In this document: piece after piece, positions 7,617 through 15,271 of the stretch
How positions within the stretch are numbered: position 1 is the stretch's first letter
How the letters are laid out: each line of letters opens with the position of its first letter
Origin: an uncultured virus (IMG/VR IMGVR_UViG_3300037840_000255)
Lineage: Duplodnaviria; Heunggongvirae; Uroviricota; Caudoviricetes
DNA: 20,000 bases
IMG/VR virus record: IMGVR_UViG_3300037840_000255
Reading direction: 5' to 3' (one strand)
Notes under the pieces: model-generated
Seen by the model: only the letters and a program-made list of their open reading frames with translations
Database searches by the model: none
What the model was told of the DNA's origin: nothing
Translations under genes and position numbers: made by a program

Positions 7617-8021
7617 ATGCCCATAGGCTTCATGGCGTCACACGCTGCGCTGGAACGCAAGGCTCCGCACGGCAAACCATGCACGAATTGCGGCCTATGT
7701 TGTATGGCGACTCTGTGCATGGTGGGGAAGTCTATCTATAAGCGCGTGGTGGGGCCTTGTCCTGCCTTACGTATGGAGGGCGGCGTCAGCTCCTGCGATG
7801 TTGCCACCAATCCCGCAAAGTACCGGCGCGATCTGGTAAACGCGCACGGCGAGAAGGCTGTGAGCGCTGCCGTCAAACATCTGATCGGCCTCGGCCTTGG
7901 TTGCGATGCCAGATTCAATGGCGAACAACCAGACGAAAACTTCTACAAACTGCTGAGCGAGCATGATCAGCGCACTGCGGTGGAGACATATTTGGCTAAG
8001 AGGATGTGGAATATCCCATGA
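7617..8021 (+). CDS. CxxCxxCC (YkgJ-like) Zn/Fe-S cluster protein
   Basis: PCTNCGLCC...C...GPCPAL...CD...GLGCD. Start could be 7617 or 7632. Confidence 0.7.
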   Translation: MPIGFMASHAALERKAPHGKPCTNCGLCCMATLCMVGKSIYKRVVGPCPALRMEGGVSSCDVATNPAKYRRDLVNAHGEKAVSAAVKHLIGLGLGCDARFNGEQPDENFYKLLSEHDQRTAVETYLAKRMWNIP

Positions 8022-8413
8022 GAGCAAAGCTTCCTGATAAACTGGAGAATGGACGCCTTAGAAGCGGGCCGTGGGGCTCCTCCGCGACAGATGGCCCTTA
8101 TGGCGCTTTCCGTGTCCACGGGCCGTGCGGCTCTACGCTGGCGATCATAGCCTCTGCTGGCGAAGAACCAGTGACTGAAGGTTGGCAACACGTCAGTGTC
8201 TCAACATCAAACCGGCCGCCGAACTGGCAAGAGATGTGTTTCGTTAAATCTCTTTTCTGGGACGACGAAGAGACTGTGATCCAGTTCCACCCCGCCGTAT
8301 CGGCCTACGTCAACAATCATAGCCACTGCCTGCATCTGTGGAAGCCGCCGTTTGATATGCCGCTGCCGCCGAGCATCCTAGTCGGCATCAAGGCGCTAGG
8401 GACGCTGAAATGA
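8018..8413 (+). CDS. Conserved phage hypothetical protein (WxHVSVS...HCLHLW family)
   Basis: WQHVSVS..RPPNWQEMCFVKSLFW...QFHP...YVNNHSHCLHLWKP; ATGA coupling. Confidence 0.85.
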   Translation: MRAKLPDKLENGRLRSGPWGSSATDGPYGAFRVHGPCGSTLAIIASAGEEPVTEGWQHVSVSTSNRPPNWQEMCFVKSLFWDDEETVIQFHPAVSAYVNNHSHCLHLWKPPFDMPLPPSILVGIKALGTLK

Positions 8414-8586
8414 TGACACAGACAATCGGGCCGCGAGAGAAGGCATTACGCGAGGCACGAGAGGCCCTGGCAAAACAAGTTGTGTCGCGCAAGCGACCGC
8501 CATCATCAGTAAACCAGTGGGATGATATGCCCAAGCCGAAAGCCGGGAAAACAACAAGACGCCGCTTGACCCGCAAACCACGCTAA
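8410..8586 (+). CDS. Small basic protein (58 aa)
   Basis: ATGA overlap; MMTQTIGPREKALREAREALAK...KAGKTTRRRLTRKPR*. Confidence 0.5.
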   Translation: MMTQTIGPREKALREAREALAKQVVSRKRPPSSVNQWDDMPKPKAGKTTRRRLTRKPR

Positions 8587-8594
8587 CCTACTTT
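8566..8594 (+). promoter_or_regulatory. Sigma70-type promoter for the recombination block
   Basis: cTTGACC (8566-8571), 17 bp, cTACTTT (8589-8594), then a GC hairpin (8599-8619) and AACCGATGGAG. Confidence 0.6.
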
Positions 8595-8637
8595 CATGGG
8601 GCGCTGCGTTGCGGCGTCCGAACCGATGGAGACACCA

Positions 8638-9414
8638 ATGGCTACCCCTAAAGCAAAATTGCATCAGGTTGCGCTAGCGCCCCCACAGGGGGAGGCCGGG
8701 GCTGTCCTGGCCATGATCGAGCGCCTGGCCCGCGATCCCAACGCCGACGTGGACAAGGTCGAGCGCCTTATGGCCATGCGTTCGGCCAGTATCATGCGGG
8801 ACCGGGAGGACGCCTTTAATGCCGCCATGGCGGCCGCCCAGAAGCGCATGGTGGCCGTGGTCAAGGATGCCGCCAACGCTAGCACCCGCAGCAAGTACGC
8901 TTCCTTCCCGGCCCTGGACCGCGCCGTGAGGCCTATCTACACCGATGCTGGGTTTTCTCTCTCCTACGATACTGGCGACGCCCCCCACCCGGAGACGGTC
9001 CGGGTGCTCTGCTACGTGAGCGGCCACGGATTCACCCGGACCTATCACGCCGATATGCCCGCCGATGGCAAAGGAGCCAAGGGCGGTGACGTGATGACGA
9101 AGACCCACGCGGTTGGTTCAGCCTTCACTTATGGGCAACGCTACCTCCTGAAGTTCATCTTCAACCTTGCCACTATTGACCGGGACGATGACGGCAATGC
9201 TGCCGGCAATCCAGAGGACAACGGACCGATCACGCAAGCCCAGATCGAAGTCCTCGAAAAGATGGTCGCCGAGATCGGCGGCAAGCGCGCCGACGAGTTA
9301 CGCACTTCCACACTTGCCTATTTCAAAGCCGAGACGTTCGCCGACATCACCGCCAAAGAGTTCAAGCGCGTGGTCGCCGCGCTAAACAAGAAGCGGCAGC
9401 AGGCCACGTCATGA
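8638..9414 (+). CDS. erf: ERF-family single-strand annealing protein
   Basis: ATG 8638 after GGAG; SKYASF..LD..VRP...GFSLS; signature VGSAFTYGQRYLLKFIFNL...DDDG; C-terminal ITQAQ helical domain. Confidence 0.92.
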   Translation: MATPKAKLHQVALAPPQGEAGAVLAMIERLARDPNADVDKVERLMAMRSASIMRDREDAFNAAMAAAQKRMVAVVKDAANASTRSKYASFPALDRAVRPIYTDAGFSLSYDTGDAPHPETVRVLCYVSGHGFTRTYHADMPADGKGAKGGDVMTKTHAVGSAFTYGQRYLLKFIFNLATIDRDDDGNAAGNPEDNGPITQAQIEVLEKMVAEIGGKRADELRTSTLAYFKAETFADITAKEFKRVVAALNKKRQQATS

Positions 9415-10058
9415 CCGAGATCGAGCAGGGCTCGCCAGAGTGGCATCAACTGCGGCTCGGCAAATTAACCGCTTCACGCATTGCCGACGCAACCACACGT
9501 CTCAAAAGTGGCGGCTGGGGCGCAAGCCGCGCCTCCTACATGGGCGAGCTGATAGCAGAGCGCCTGACTGGCGTGCCGTTCGAGGCTTACGTCAGCGCCG
9601 CCATGAAGCAAGGCACCGAGTTGGAGCCTGAGGCGCGTGCGGCCTACGAATACTACGAGAGCGTAGTCGTCGAGAAGATCGCCTTCATTGATCATCCTGC
9701 CATCGCCATGAGCGGGGCAAGCCCAGACGGCTTTGTCGGTCGCGACGGGCTTGTCGAATTGAAATGCCCGCTGGTTCACACGCACATCGCCACGCTGCTC
9801 GGTGATTCCATCGACGGCAACTACATCAAGCAAATGCAATGGCAGATGGCCTGCAGCGGGCGCAAGTGGTGCGACTGGGTGTCGTATAGCCCTAAGCTAC
9901 CAGAACGCATGCGTCTGTTCGTTAAGCGTGTGCCCCGCGACGACAAGATGATCGCTGGCCTGGAGGAGGACGCCAAAGGCTTCCTGTGGGAACTGGATAA
10001 GGCCGTCATGGCGCTGCGCAATGCTTATGGAGAGACCGATGCCGCAACCGCAGCATAG
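9411..10058 (+). CDS. YqaJ/lambda-exonuclease family 5'-3' exonuclease
   Basis: QGSPEWHQLRLGKLTASRI, AMKQGTELEPEAR, GASPDG..GLVELKCP, YIKQMQWQM...WCDWVSY. Confidence 0.95.
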   Translation: MTEIEQGSPEWHQLRLGKLTASRIADATTRLKSGGWGASRASYMGELIAERLTGVPFEAYVSAAMKQGTELEPEARAAYEYYESVVVEKIAFIDHPAIAMSGASPDGFVGRDGLVELKCPLVHTHIATLLGDSIDGNYIKQMQWQMACSGRKWCDWVSYSPKLPERMRLFVKRVPRDDKMIAGLEEDAKGFLWELDKAVMALRNAYGETDAATAA

Positions 10059-10269
10059 GGATGTTACCCTCGCCACGTTACAGGCCGAACGTGATCTAGC
10101 CATTGGCCAGAACCTGAGACTTCGGCTTCTCGCTTCGGCAATGGTGGCGTGCTTGGACGACATAGTGACGGTCTGCGGAGATGGCTTGCCGGGCTTGCAG
10201 CCACAGTTGAACCGCGCCCGCGGTGCCCTGGACAAGGCACGCGAGACCATAAGGGCCTTGCAGCCGTGA
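10039..10269 (+). CDS. Hypothetical helical protein (76 aa)
   Basis: GGAGAG SD, ATG 10039; GTGA coupling to the next gene. Confidence 0.55.
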   Translation: MPQPQHRDVTLATLQAERDLAIGQNLRLRLLASAMVACLDDIVTVCGDGLPGLQPQLNRARGALDKARETIRALQP

Positions 10270-10784
10270 CCGAGAAGATCGGGCCAGCGCTCTTCAGGTG
10301 GGATGGCCAGGTGATGATCCCGCATCCACGTTTCCAACCGTTGTGCACGCGGCAGTTTGCGGTGGGCGAGGAGTATGCTCTGGCACCGCCGGAATTTTCC
10401 TCTACGGCATCGCGCCGGCACTTCTTTGCTTCGCTGCACGATGCTTGGCTGAATCTACCGGAGAGAGATAAACGCTTCCCCACGTCGGAGCATTTCCGTA
10501 AGTGGCTGCTCGTCCACACCGGCTTTGCCGACGAGCGCACCATTGTCTGCGATACGCGACGCGACGCCAAGAATCTCGCGCTGGCCGCCCGTGATCTGGA
10601 CGGCTTCGCGGTCATTGAGTGCCGTGAATGCGTGGTGAAAATCTGGACCGCCAAGTCGCAGTCGGCTCAGGCCATGGGCCATGAGGAGTTTCAGGCCAGC
10701 AAAAATGCCGTCCTGGATGAAGCTGCAAAGATGATCGGCGTGACGCGGACGGAATTGGTTAAGAAGGGCGGCAGAGCAGCATGA
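10266..10784 (+). CDS. NinB/DUF1367-like recombination-associated protein
   Basis: S.ASRRHFFASLHDAW...SEHFRKWLLVHTGF...AKSQSAQAMGHEEFQASKNAVLD; position after Erf and the exonuclease. Confidence 0.7.
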   Translation: MTEKIGPALFRWDGQVMIPHPRFQPLCTRQFAVGEEYALAPPEFSSTASRRHFFASLHDAWLNLPERDKRFPTSEHFRKWLLVHTGFADERTIVCDTRRDAKNLALAARDLDGFAVIECRECVVKIWTAKSQSAQAMGHEEFQASKNAVLDEAAKMIGVTRTELVKKGGRAA

Positions 10785-11230
10785 GACTGTACCGCCCGCA
10801 CATCCCTCTTTCCGTGCGCTGCCAGGTTGCCGCACGGCAGCTTGGATGGAAGCATGAAGAACATTCGCCGATGCCTTATCGGGTGTTGTTGGCACACCGC
10901 CTGACAATGCTGGGATGCCTGCTCCACTGCGCCGCGGCTGATCTGCATCTCGATCACGACCCACCGCTGGCCGCACGCGAGCGACACGGTGAAGGACGCT
11001 CGGTCATATACAATCCAGATGCCAATGACCCAGCGCACCTGATCTACCGTGAGAAGCACGCCCACCACATCAAGACGAATGTGCGCGGCGAGCACGGCCA
11101 GCATCCGGACCGGGTCCTGATCAAGCGCGAGCGGAAGCGACAGCGCAGGCCTCGCACAAAACTGAAACGGAAGTGGGCATCGCGCCCCATGCGGAGCGCA
11201 AACCGATGGCCGAAGAGAGCAATGCGATGA
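10781..11230 (+). CDS. HNH-like endonuclease
   Basis: LHLDHDPPLA...ANDPAHLIYREKHAHHIKT and a basic C-terminal tail. Confidence 0.7.
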   Translation: MRLYRPHIPLSVRCQVAARQLGWKHEEHSPMPYRVLLAHRLTMLGCLLHCAAADLHLDHDPPLAARERHGEGRSVIYNPDANDPAHLIYREKHAHHIKTNVRGEHGQHPDRVLIKRERKRQRRPRTKLKRKWASRPMRSANRWPKRAMR

Positions 11231-11376
11231 CCGTGTCAGAGAAGCTTGCCCACATCGAACGGCAGATCGTGAAGATGAAGGCGACAATTAAAGGGCTCAA
11301 CGCCAAACTGACTTTGGCCAAGCAACAGGCCGCACAGTTACGTGGCGACAAGCAACAGGTGGAGAGCAGGAAGTGA
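11227..11376 (+). CDS. Small coiled-coil protein
   Basis: ATGA and GTGA coupling on both sides; heptad pattern. Confidence 0.6.
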   Translation: MTVSEKLAHIERQIVKMKATIKGLNAKLTLAKQQAAQLRGDKQQVESRK

Positions 11377-11573
11377 CAGACCAAGCCATCACCACCCGGG
11401 AAAAACGCAAATGTGCTGAGCGCGAACTGGCGCTAAGGCGCAATGTCTACCCGAAGTTTATTGCGAAGAAGAGCATGACACAACGCGATGCCGACTGGCA
11501 GATCGCATTGATGGAAGCCATCGTTTCAGACTACCGCGCCCTCGAAGCGCAGGAGAAGGACGAAACCAGATGA
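11373..11573 (+). CDS. Conserved phage hypothetical protein
   Basis: CAERELALRRNVYPKFI..KSMTQRDADWQIALMEAI, a motif I recognise from phage hypothetical proteins. Confidence 0.8.
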   Translation: MTDQAITTREKRKCAERELALRRNVYPKFIAKKSMTQRDADWQIALMEAIVSDYRALEAQEKDETR

Positions 11574-12079
11574 GTGACGAACAGCACGATCCATCGCCCA
11601 GGTCCAGACTCCGGCCTCTCGCGGAGGCCTATAACTACATGAAGGAGCTGGAGGCGAACGACGAGGCCAACCGCGTCCATGAGGCCGCCCGGGAGCGGCA
11701 CATCGCAGCGCTGGAAAACGAGAACTCTTCGCTAAAGACCCAGCTCAAGCGAAAGACCGCCGAGCGCGACCACTTCTTCCGCGCCTTCAGCGCGCTGTCC
11801 GCCCAGCTCGACGGCTTCGCCGGGGGAATGATCACGGCCATCCACATGGCCAGGACCCAGGCCTACGGCGAGAAGAGGCCGCAGATCGGGGCCGAGGCCA
11901 AACCGCTAACGCAACTCAGGCGCACGAGGAACGATGAGGACGACGGCGCCGATGCCCCGGCATTCTTGATGCAGGGGCCGGCCGCAGACGACCACCGACG
12001 CGTTCCCGCCAATGCAATTGATCAAAGCCCATCGCCGGTCAACCTCGACGCATTGCGGCGCGCCTTCGACGGGAGGTGA
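11570..12079 (+). CDS. Coiled-coil hypothetical protein (169 aa)
   Basis: Coupled ORF with a long coiled coil and a D-x-PAFL motif. Confidence 0.7.
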   Translation: MSDEQHDPSPRSRLRPLAEAYNYMKELEANDEANRVHEAARERHIAALENENSSLKTQLKRKTAERDHFFRAFSALSAQLDGFAGGMITAIHMARTQAYGEKRPQIGAEAKPLTQLRRTRNDEDDGADAPAFLMQGPAADDHRRVPANAIDQSPSPVNLDALRRAFDGR

Positions 12080-12082
12080 GTG

Positions 12083-12241
12083 GTGACTGACTTCCTCGTG
12101 TACCTTCTGCTCGGCTTTCTTATGCACTTCTTCGCGACGACGGTCGAAGGGTATAGGAGTCAGAACGCTTGGTATTGGGAGTTGGCCGCCGTGGTGTTGT
12201 GGCCGCTCGCCATCATGGCCGGTATATGGGGAAGATCATGA
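12083..12241 (+). CDS. Small membrane protein (52 aa)
   Basis: GGAGG SD; VTDFLVYLLLGFLMHFFATTVEGYRSQNAWYWELAAVVLWPLAIMAGIWGRS*; ATGA overlap with the next gene. Not in the ORF track. Confidence 0.6.
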   Translation: MTDFLVYLLLGFLMHFFATTVEGYRSQNAWYWELAAVVLWPLAIMAGIWGRS

Positions 12242-12513
12242 AGCAGGTCTCCGCCTTCAAGTGCGAGTACACCGGCAAGATATTCGAGTCCGAGCAGGGA
12301 GCGCGGCGCGAGGAATTCTATGCGCTGATGAAGAAGTTTACTCAACAGTTGCCAGTAGTGTCAGGCGTCACCGTCGCGACCAATTCGGACCTGGCGATGT
12401 GGCTCAGCGACAAGCTGGTCACTGGCATCTACCCCAGTGCCATAGGTGCCTTGATGGATGCTGTCGAATACTTGACTAAGTACCGCGACGTGATCGAGGG
12501 GAAGAAGGCATGA
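12238..12513 (+). CDS. Hypothetical phage protein
   Basis: MKQVSAFKCEYTGKIFESEQGARREE...; coupled on both sides. Confidence 0.7.
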   Translation: MKQVSAFKCEYTGKIFESEQGARREEFYALMKKFTQQLPVVSGVTVATNSDLAMWLSDKLVTGIYPSAIGALMDAVEYLTKYRDVIEGKKA

Positions 12514-12920
12514 GCGGGATCGTCGAGGCCGCCGAACTCATAGAGAAGTACGACGCCCTGGTCGAGCGCGCCATCGAAGTAGCTGGTCTCCCCGGCAATG
12601 GCAGCTTCGTCGAGACCGACGACAGGCCGCGATTGAGCATCGACGTCGACGCGCAGACCGCGACGCTGACCTGGCGAGGGTATGAGTCTGATTATTACGG
12701 CAGCGGCAGCACGACCGACGAGAGAACGACGTTCTCGGCGTTTCCCCTCTTCATGCCGGACGACGTCTTCGAGAAGTGGAGGGATAAGACGATCCAAGAG
12801 GCCGAGGAGAGGGACGCCAGGGTCAGGAAGGCACAGTTGGCCGTCGAGCGAGATCGTCGGGAGGCTCACGACCGCGCCGAGTGGGCGCGACTCCGCGCAA
12901 AATATGGAATGGGCACATGA
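12510..12920 (+). CDS. Hypothetical phage protein (136 aa)
   Basis: Coupled ORF ending ERDRREAHDRAEWARLRAKYG. Confidence 0.75.
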   Translation: MSGIVEAAELIEKYDALVERAIEVAGLPGNGSFVETDDRPRLSIDVDAQTATLTWRGYESDYYGSGSTTDERTTFSAFPLFMPDDVFEKWRDKTIQEAEERDARVRKAQLAVERDRREAHDRAEWARLRAKYGMGT

Positions 12921-13120
12921 CCAGACCCCGCAGCCTGCCGCCGACAGCCGATCCAGACCGCGCCTGGGTCTGGAACGAGGACCTCGGCGCCTACGTCGAG
13001 ACGCCCGGCAGGGCGCACCCGATGGCCGCCGCGTCGATCTGGCTGCTGCTGTGGGTCATCAGCGCGCTGACGCTGGGCGCGCTGGTCGAGATCGTCGCGG
13101 CGGCGTGGAGGCTGATGTGA
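12917..13120 (+). CDS. Small membrane protein
   Basis: C-terminal hydrophobic helix IWLLLWVISALTLGALVEIVAAAW. Confidence 0.55.
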   Translation: MTRPRSLPPTADPDRAWVWNEDLGAYVETPGRAHPMAAASIWLLLWVISALTLGALVEIVAAAWRLM

Positions 13121-13254
13121 CCGACCCACTCATGGCGGAGCGGTATGCAAGGCGTGTGGCCTGGGTGATCGGTATCGTCGCCTTCATGGTTTGGTGCAGT
13201 GCCGTTGCAGGCATCGTTTTTGTAGTGGTTCATTTCGCGGAGAAGTTCTGGTGA
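13117..13254 (+). CDS. Small membrane protein (45 aa)
   Basis: GTGA coupling; VAWVIGIVAFMVWCSAVAGIVFVVVHFAEKFW. Confidence 0.6.
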   Translation: MTDPLMAERYARRVAWVIGIVAFMVWCSAVAGIVFVVVHFAEKFW

Positions 13255-13409
13255 AGCCACTTCCGCCACCTAATCCAAACTGGCCGTGCCATTGGCCTGA
13301 CTGCACTTGCCGTGTGGATTGTCGACGCGATCCCGGTAGTTGGTGGGCCATCATCCTTCTTTGCGTTATGATCACTCTATTGGCTCTCGGGATGTGCGTG
13401 CAGCGATGA
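13251..13409 (+). CDS. Small Cys-rich membrane protein (52 aa)
   Basis: PCHWPDCTCRVDC then WWAIILLCVMITLLALGMCV. Confidence 0.55.
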   Translation: MKPLPPPNPNWPCHWPDCTCRVDCRRDPGSWWAIILLCVMITLLALGMCVQR

Positions 13410-13627
13410 AGCGCCCCCGACCATTCAGGTGGACAATGTTCGGCGAGGACCTCCGCGTCCTGCGAAACCTCCACGGCAAGAGCCTGAGGGACTTCGAGAC
13501 CGTCACCGGCGTCAACTACACCACGCTGGGCAGGGCGGAGCGAGGTAGGCCCATCGAGGTGCCGGACTTCCTCCATCTCTGCTGGATGTTCTCGCTGCGG
13601 CCGTTCGCGTACTTGAAGGGGAAGTAA
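13406..13627 (+). CDS. XRE-family HTH transcriptional regulator
   Basis: FGEDLRVLRNLHGKSLRDFETVTGVNYTTLGRAERGR. Confidence 0.85.
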   Translation: MKRPRPFRWTMFGEDLRVLRNLHGKSLRDFETVTGVNYTTLGRAERGRPIEVPDFLHLCWMFSLRPFAYLKGK

Positions 13628-13629
13628 AG

Positions 13630-13845
13630 ATGAAGCGTTGGGAATATTTCAGCTTCACGCCATCGAGAGACAGTCATCCAAGGGATATAATAAACCTCCT
13701 CACAGACTATGGTAAGGGCGGTTGGGAGCTAGTCATTGTCAATGAAGGTATTTTCTATCTGAAAAGACTTCTGCCCCCAGTCGACAGGATGAGGGAAAAT
13801 GACGGAACGAGAAACGACGGAGGGCCAAGTGCAGCCCCTCTATGA
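13630..13845 (+). CDS. DUF4177-like small protein
   Basis: MKRWEY...LTDYGKGGWELV...FYLKR. Confidence 0.75.
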   Translation: MKRWEYFSFTPSRDSHPRDIINLLTDYGKGGWELVIVNEGIFYLKRLLPPVDRMRENDGTRNDGGPSAAPL

Positions 13846-14416
13846 CCCCGAAGCCGCGCGATGGTTCTCCGGCCGATACTCGGCCCCGACCGTCCGAGAG
13901 TTGCTGGCCAAGATGCCGGAGGGCACGGTGATCGCCGACTATTATCCGGGCGGCTACGCGGCGGTTCGCGACGGAGTGCCCATCGGCAGGGCCGAGCTGC
14001 GGACCCAGTACAACAAGCCGAAGTTTCATTTGCGGCCGCTCCCCGCTACGGCAACGGACCAGACACCCGTTGCCGGCGATAGCGGGTGCCGAGAGATGGT
14101 CGCAAGGGAACCTGTCCGTCGACCCCGAGCGGCCGGGACAGGACGGGCTCCCGCCGGCACGAGGGGCAAATATAAGCGCCGTCGAGCCTCGCCCGATCTC
14201 CCCAGGCTCCTGGCCGCCGCCGTGGCCAAGAGCAAGACGAGCTGGGGCGACGAGGAGATGGCGACGCTGAGGGAATTGGCCGCGGCAGGCTATACCGCGT
14301 ACCAGATTGGCGAGGCCGTGGGTCGCAGCCGCAACGCCGTCATCGGCCAGTGCCACCGGCGTGACATCGAGCTGAAGACGCCGCCGTTCTTTCGCAGGGG
14401 AGCATATAAAAAATGA
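13799..14416 (+). CDS. Protein with C-terminal GcrA-like HTH domain
   Basis: SWGDEEMATLRELAAAGYTAYQIGEAVGRSRNAVIGQCHRRDIEL closely matches the GcrA N-terminal domain (WTDER...GLSASQIA..LG.SRNAVIGKVHRLGL). Confidence 0.8.
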   Translation: MTERETTEGQVQPLYDPEAARWFSGRYSAPTVRELLAKMPEGTVIADYYPGGYAAVRDGVPIGRAELRTQYNKPKFHLRPLPATATDQTPVAGDSGCREMVAREPVRRPRAAGTGRAPAGTRGKYKRRRASPDLPRLLAAAVAKSKTSWGDEEMATLRELAAAGYTAYQIGEAVGRSRNAVIGQCHRRDIELKTPPFFRRGAYKK

Positions 14417-14518
14417 CCAAGCGCTGGTCCCGGTTCGACAGGCAAGACAGACTGTTGCGGGCGTGCCGTCGACTCCTGGTCGAGATGAATGCCAGCGATA
14501 CGACAGGATAACCGGCAG

Positions 14519-14734
14519 ATGACTTATGTCACGGAACAGACCGGCGCCGAGCTTCGTAATCACATGAGGCGCCTCATCGTCATGCCGGGATGGCATGATC
14601 CGTTGTGTGATCGCTTATGGAGTGAGGTCCAAAAACAGGATGCCGAGATTGCACGTCTGCGAGCGGCGCTGACTGAATGTGCGTCAAACTTTATCAGCCA
14701 GCCCTGCACGGTACCGGGGAAGCAGCCGTCATGA
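14519..14734 (+). CDS. Hypothetical phage protein, probably with a chimeric 3' end
   Basis: DAEIARLRAALTEC motif; the 3' end runs into the 42-bp repeat. Confidence 0.6.
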   Translation: MTYVTEQTGAELRNHMRRLIVMPGWHDPLCDRLWSEVQKQDAEIARLRAALTECASNFISQPCTVPGKQPS

Positions 14735-14758
14735 CCCATATAAAAGCCGGCTGTCAGG
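14717..14758 (+). repeat. 42-bp direct repeat, copy 1
   Basis: GGGAAGCAGCCGTCATGACCCATATAAAAGCCGGCTGTCAGG; 39/42 identical to 18614-18655. Confidence 0.95.
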
Positions 14759-14919
14759 TTAACAGGAGTTTGGGAGACCGCTGGAATGCCTACCAATTCG
14801 AGCAATCGACCGCATGGGAAACAAGCGAGGCGGCTTAACGGCTGCTGCCTGCGTGGCGAGCAGGGTCACCCGCCAGTATCAACAAGTTAACCGCCAACTT
14901 CAAACCAACGGAGACTAAA

Positions 14920-15219
14920 ATGGCTTTCTCTACGGGATCATCAGGACAACAGGCAAATACAGTTCGAGGGCCTTCCGTCGTCGGGTCAATCGAAGATTTT
15001 GACGCGGTGCTGCAACGTGGCGATGACTACGCAAACCGGCTGCAAAAAATCTCTGACCGCATCTGCGGCTCGGGCCCGGCAGAGTTGCTACAGCCTAGCC
15101 ATCAAGGCGGTGCCATCCCTCATTCCGTCATCGCCTCAATCAACGAGCGGCGGTCACGGCTGGTCGAGTTGTTGGATCGCGTCGAGCGGTCAATCGGCCA
15201 GCTTGAAAACGTGCTGTAG
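14920..15219 (+). CDS. Hypothetical helical phage protein (99 aa)
   Basis: GGAG SD; followed by a 10-bp hairpin at 15219-15243. Confidence 0.75.
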   Translation: MAFSTGSSGQQANTVRGPSVVGSIEDFDAVLQRGDDYANRLQKISDRICGSGPAELLQPSHQGGAIPHSVIASINERRSRLVELLDRVERSIGQLENVL

Positions 15220-15271
15220 GCGACTGTTACGGAAACAGTCGTCAACTTCATAGGTTTAGGAAGCGGTCAAA

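Larger units (their letters stand above)
5473..7626 (+). pseudogene. Phage gene split by the IS (5473-5736 joined to 7546-7626)
   Basis: Removing the IS and one TSD copy restores the frame: MTEHPDY...GSEEKFDHWK|AHKGMDWPDIYDGDGPARVVTVASCP*. Confidence 0.85.

Noticed and set aside
5773..7626. 617-aa plus-strand ORF spanning the IS
   Set aside because: Antisense shadow of the in-frame passenger and transposase in GC-rich DNA. Only its last about 27 codons are real (the C-terminus of the interrupted gene).
11200..11210. Additional AACCGATGG copy
   Set aside because: It lies within the HNH coding tail and lacks the GGAG; it may be chance or an alternative ATG context.
15219..15243. Rho-independent terminator (GGCGACTGTT-acgga-AACAGTCGTC)
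   Set aside because: The hairpin is real but has no U-tract on either strand, so it is not called a terminator.
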